A DNA stretch of 64,000 bases, taken from positions 1 through 64,000 of the IMG/VR virus record IMGVR_UViG_3300031715_000001; one strand, 5' to 3'. The notes beneath the pieces were generated by a model. The model saw nothing but the letters and a program-made list of their open reading frames with translations, did no database searches and was not told the origin of the DNA. Shown here in pieces: positions 62,056 through 64,000 of the stretch (position 1 is its first letter; the number at the start of each line of letters is the position of its first letter). The stretch comes from a virus. A program made the translations under genes and the position numbers.

Positions 62056-64000
62056 TTAACAACCACTTGAGCTAATTAAGAGCCCAAATGTGAAATTCAT
62101 AGAGCAACTTCCATTAACTACTGTCTTGCTGGCTCCCGCACCACTCGGAGTCTGGTATCCGATGTTGGTGAAGAAACCATTCACGCCGTCCATGGTGGCT
62201 TTCACATTTCCTGATGCATCCGTGGCCGCGCATTGCCCGGCTCCGCTCAATCCACCTCGCGAGCCGGCATCGCACCACACCACTAGTTCGCCGCCAGCGC
62301 TATAGCCCGAAAACGAGTAAGGCGCCGTCGCGCTGCTCACCCAATTCCCATAGGCCGCTGTGTAGGTATTTCCGCGGTGATGGTCCGCGTTGTCGATCAC
62401 GTTCGCCCCGCCGACCTGGAAGGCTCCCGAGGTGTTCGATACACTCACCGCTCCATTTCCCGTTACCCAAAAAGCGAAATTCGAGTTCGAGAATGTGAAT
62501 AAGCCACCTGTGTTGTTGGCCGTCATCTGCAGGAACTGAACACTGTTCGCGGTCCCGATCTGCTGCGGCAACGTTAAAGCTACGGTTGACCCGGAGGGTG
62601 TAACGGTGATCGCGTTCGGCTGCGCGCCATTTGTGATCGTCAGCGTACCGAGGTTGTTCCAGGCGGTCCCGTTGAAGACTTTTTCCTGAGCCGCGCCGTT
62701 ATCCCAGTACATCGCCCCTGCGGCGAAGGTGTCGCCCGTGGTCAAGGTCGGAGTTCCCGAGGAATTTCCGGTCTGGATGTAATGAGCGGCGCTGAAGCTC
62801 AAGGCCGTCATTCCGGCGTCGACCGCTTGGACGGCATCGAACCGGGTATTGGTCCCGAAGGGAAGTACTTTGAATCCGTTGTCTGATTGCACGTAGCCGC
62901 CGGCTACCGTGATGGCTTGATTCGATCCCGTTCCGTGAACGGTCAGCGTATTGATGGAATTCTGCCAGGTCAGGTTGGCGCTACCACCGAAGATTCCGGC
63001 GTTGTTGTATTGCAGGTTCGTATCGGCGCCCGCCGGTGTTCCGCCCCCTCCGCCTCCCCCGGAAAGCGCTACCCAGGCCGTTCCGTTGTAGTATTTTTCG
63101 ACACAAGGGCTTACGCTCGTATCGCAGAACATCATGCCCTGGTTCAAATTGTCGCCTGGAGTAATGGGCGCGGATCCGCCGCCCGATCCGGGAGGACCGC
63201 TCGAAAATCCGGTGGTGATGTAATTGGCGGCAGTGAAGCTCGATGCCTTCATTCCGGCGGGAGTGATGATGGAATCGTAGCGCGTGGCAAGACCGAAGGG
63301 AACTGCGAAACCCCAGTCGGAGGTTACTAGGCCGGTTTGGACCTCCAGGGCCGGGATACCGGGACCGCCGGCGTTCCCGACTACATGCAAAATCTGGTTG
63401 GTATTGTCCCACCAGAAATTGGCGCTTCCGGCGAAAGAGCCCGCGCTATTGAACTGAACGTTGGTTGTCGCGCCACCCGGCGAAGTAGCGCCGCCCGAGG
63501 CCAGATTCACCCAGGCTGAGCCGTTATAGAGTTTCTCCTGGCAGGGTGAGCTGCCGGTATCGCAATACATCGTTCCGGCGTGCGGAAAGCCAGGCTCGCT
63601 GCCCGTGGCTGGAGGCGCTCCGGACGAGGCCCCGGTTTCAATGTAGTTCAAAGCTGTGACGCTGGTTGCGAGCACCCCCGTGCCTATTGCGCTGATCGCG
63701 CTGTAGCCGGCGCTGGTTCCGTTCACCAGGAATCCGTAATCGGAGCTCACGGAGGCCTTTGAGACTACGAGGGACGCAGGCGCGAGGCCCAGGCCCGTAA
63801 AGGTCCCGGATATATGCACAACCTGATTGGTGTTGTCCCACCAGAAATTGGCGCTGCCCGCCAGCGCGCCCGCATTGTTGTACTGGACGCTGGTCGTCGG
63901 GCCGCCGGGCGTCCCCCCTCCGCCGCCTCCACCTCCACCGCCCGGAGCGAATACAAGATTGCCCGCGCCATCGGAGGTCAGCGCGCCCGCCGCGTCCTGT
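62056..64000 (-). CDS. Tail-fibre-like repeat protein (5' end outside window)
   Basis: Repeated GG..TNVQFN.AG.F.GSANFWWDNTNQ and YNGTAWVAL modules. Confidence 0.7.
   Translation of the reverse strand, partial: QDAAGALTSDGAGNLVFAPGGGGGGGGGGTPGGPTTSVQYNNAGALAGSANFWWDNTNQVVHISGTFTGLGLAPASLVVSKASVSSDYGFLVNGTSAGYSAISAIGTGVLATSVTALNYIETGASSGAPPATGSEPGFPHAGTMYCDTGSSPCQEKLYNGSAWVNLASGGATSPGGATTNVQFNSAGSFAGSANFWWDNTNQILHVVGNAGGPGIPALEVQTGLVTSDWGFAVPFGLATRYDSIITPAGMKASSFTAANYITTGFSSGPPGSGGGSAPITPGDNLNQGMMFCDTSVSPCVEKYYNGTAWVALSGGGGGGGTPAGADTNLQYNNAGIFGGSANLTWQNSINTLTVHGTGSNQAITVAGGYVQSDNGFKVLPFGTNTRFDAVQAVDAGMTALSFSAAHYIQTGNSSGTPTLTTGDTFAAGAMYWDNGAAQEKVFNGTAWNNLGTLTITNGAQPNAITVTPSGSTVALTLPQQIGTANSVQFLQMTANNTGGLFTFSNSNFAFWVTGNGAVSVSNTSGAFQVGGANVIDNADHHRGNTYTAAYGNWVSSATAPYSFSGYSAGGELVVWCDAGSRGGLSGAGQCAATDASGNVKATMDGVNGFFTNIGYQTPSGAGASKTVVNGSCSMNFTFGLLISSSGC

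Noticed and set aside
62056-64000. Diversity-generating retroelement TR/VR pair
   Set aside because: Repeats are in-frame protein modules without evident adenine-specific differences; no reverse transcriptase in the window

Overview
64 kb of a temperate phage genome, most likely in the non-integrated (attP) form. An Acidobacteriota-like host is inferred from the PEP-CTERM, PilZ and ECF-sigma cargo. From left to right: Gp157/PilZ/sigma/serine-recombinase genes; a lysis-type block (membrane proteins, papain-like peptidase, amidase); a NusG paralogue and further sigma-like regulators; two solo TnpB genes; a long run of small minus-strand accessory genes with HNH nucleases, DUF5131, ASCH and two DNA methyltransferases; a replication protein; attP (5' half of tRNA-Lys with its own promoter and arm-type repeats) next to a tyrosine integrase; a Xis/Cro/CI-like switch; a plus-strand moron operon; and about 19 kb of large Gly/Thr/Ser-rich fibre-like proteins, most with signal peptides. 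The main unexplained signal is a set of short dispersed elements at gene boundaries. About 25 copies of a roughly 24-nt hairpin (family A) have compensatory stem changes, a fixed CGTYT foot and two alternative tails. Further modules (B, C) are nested inside its loop, and three other families (D, E, F) also occur. They lie in both orientations, bracket small genes like cassettes, and are often translated in frame as protein ends. Other highlights: a TnpB whose predicted guide matches a site 600 bp away, an integrase-arm-domain/PD-(D/E)XK fusion beside attP, and a fully dual-frame cytosine methyltransferase. All calls are by eye; no searches were run.
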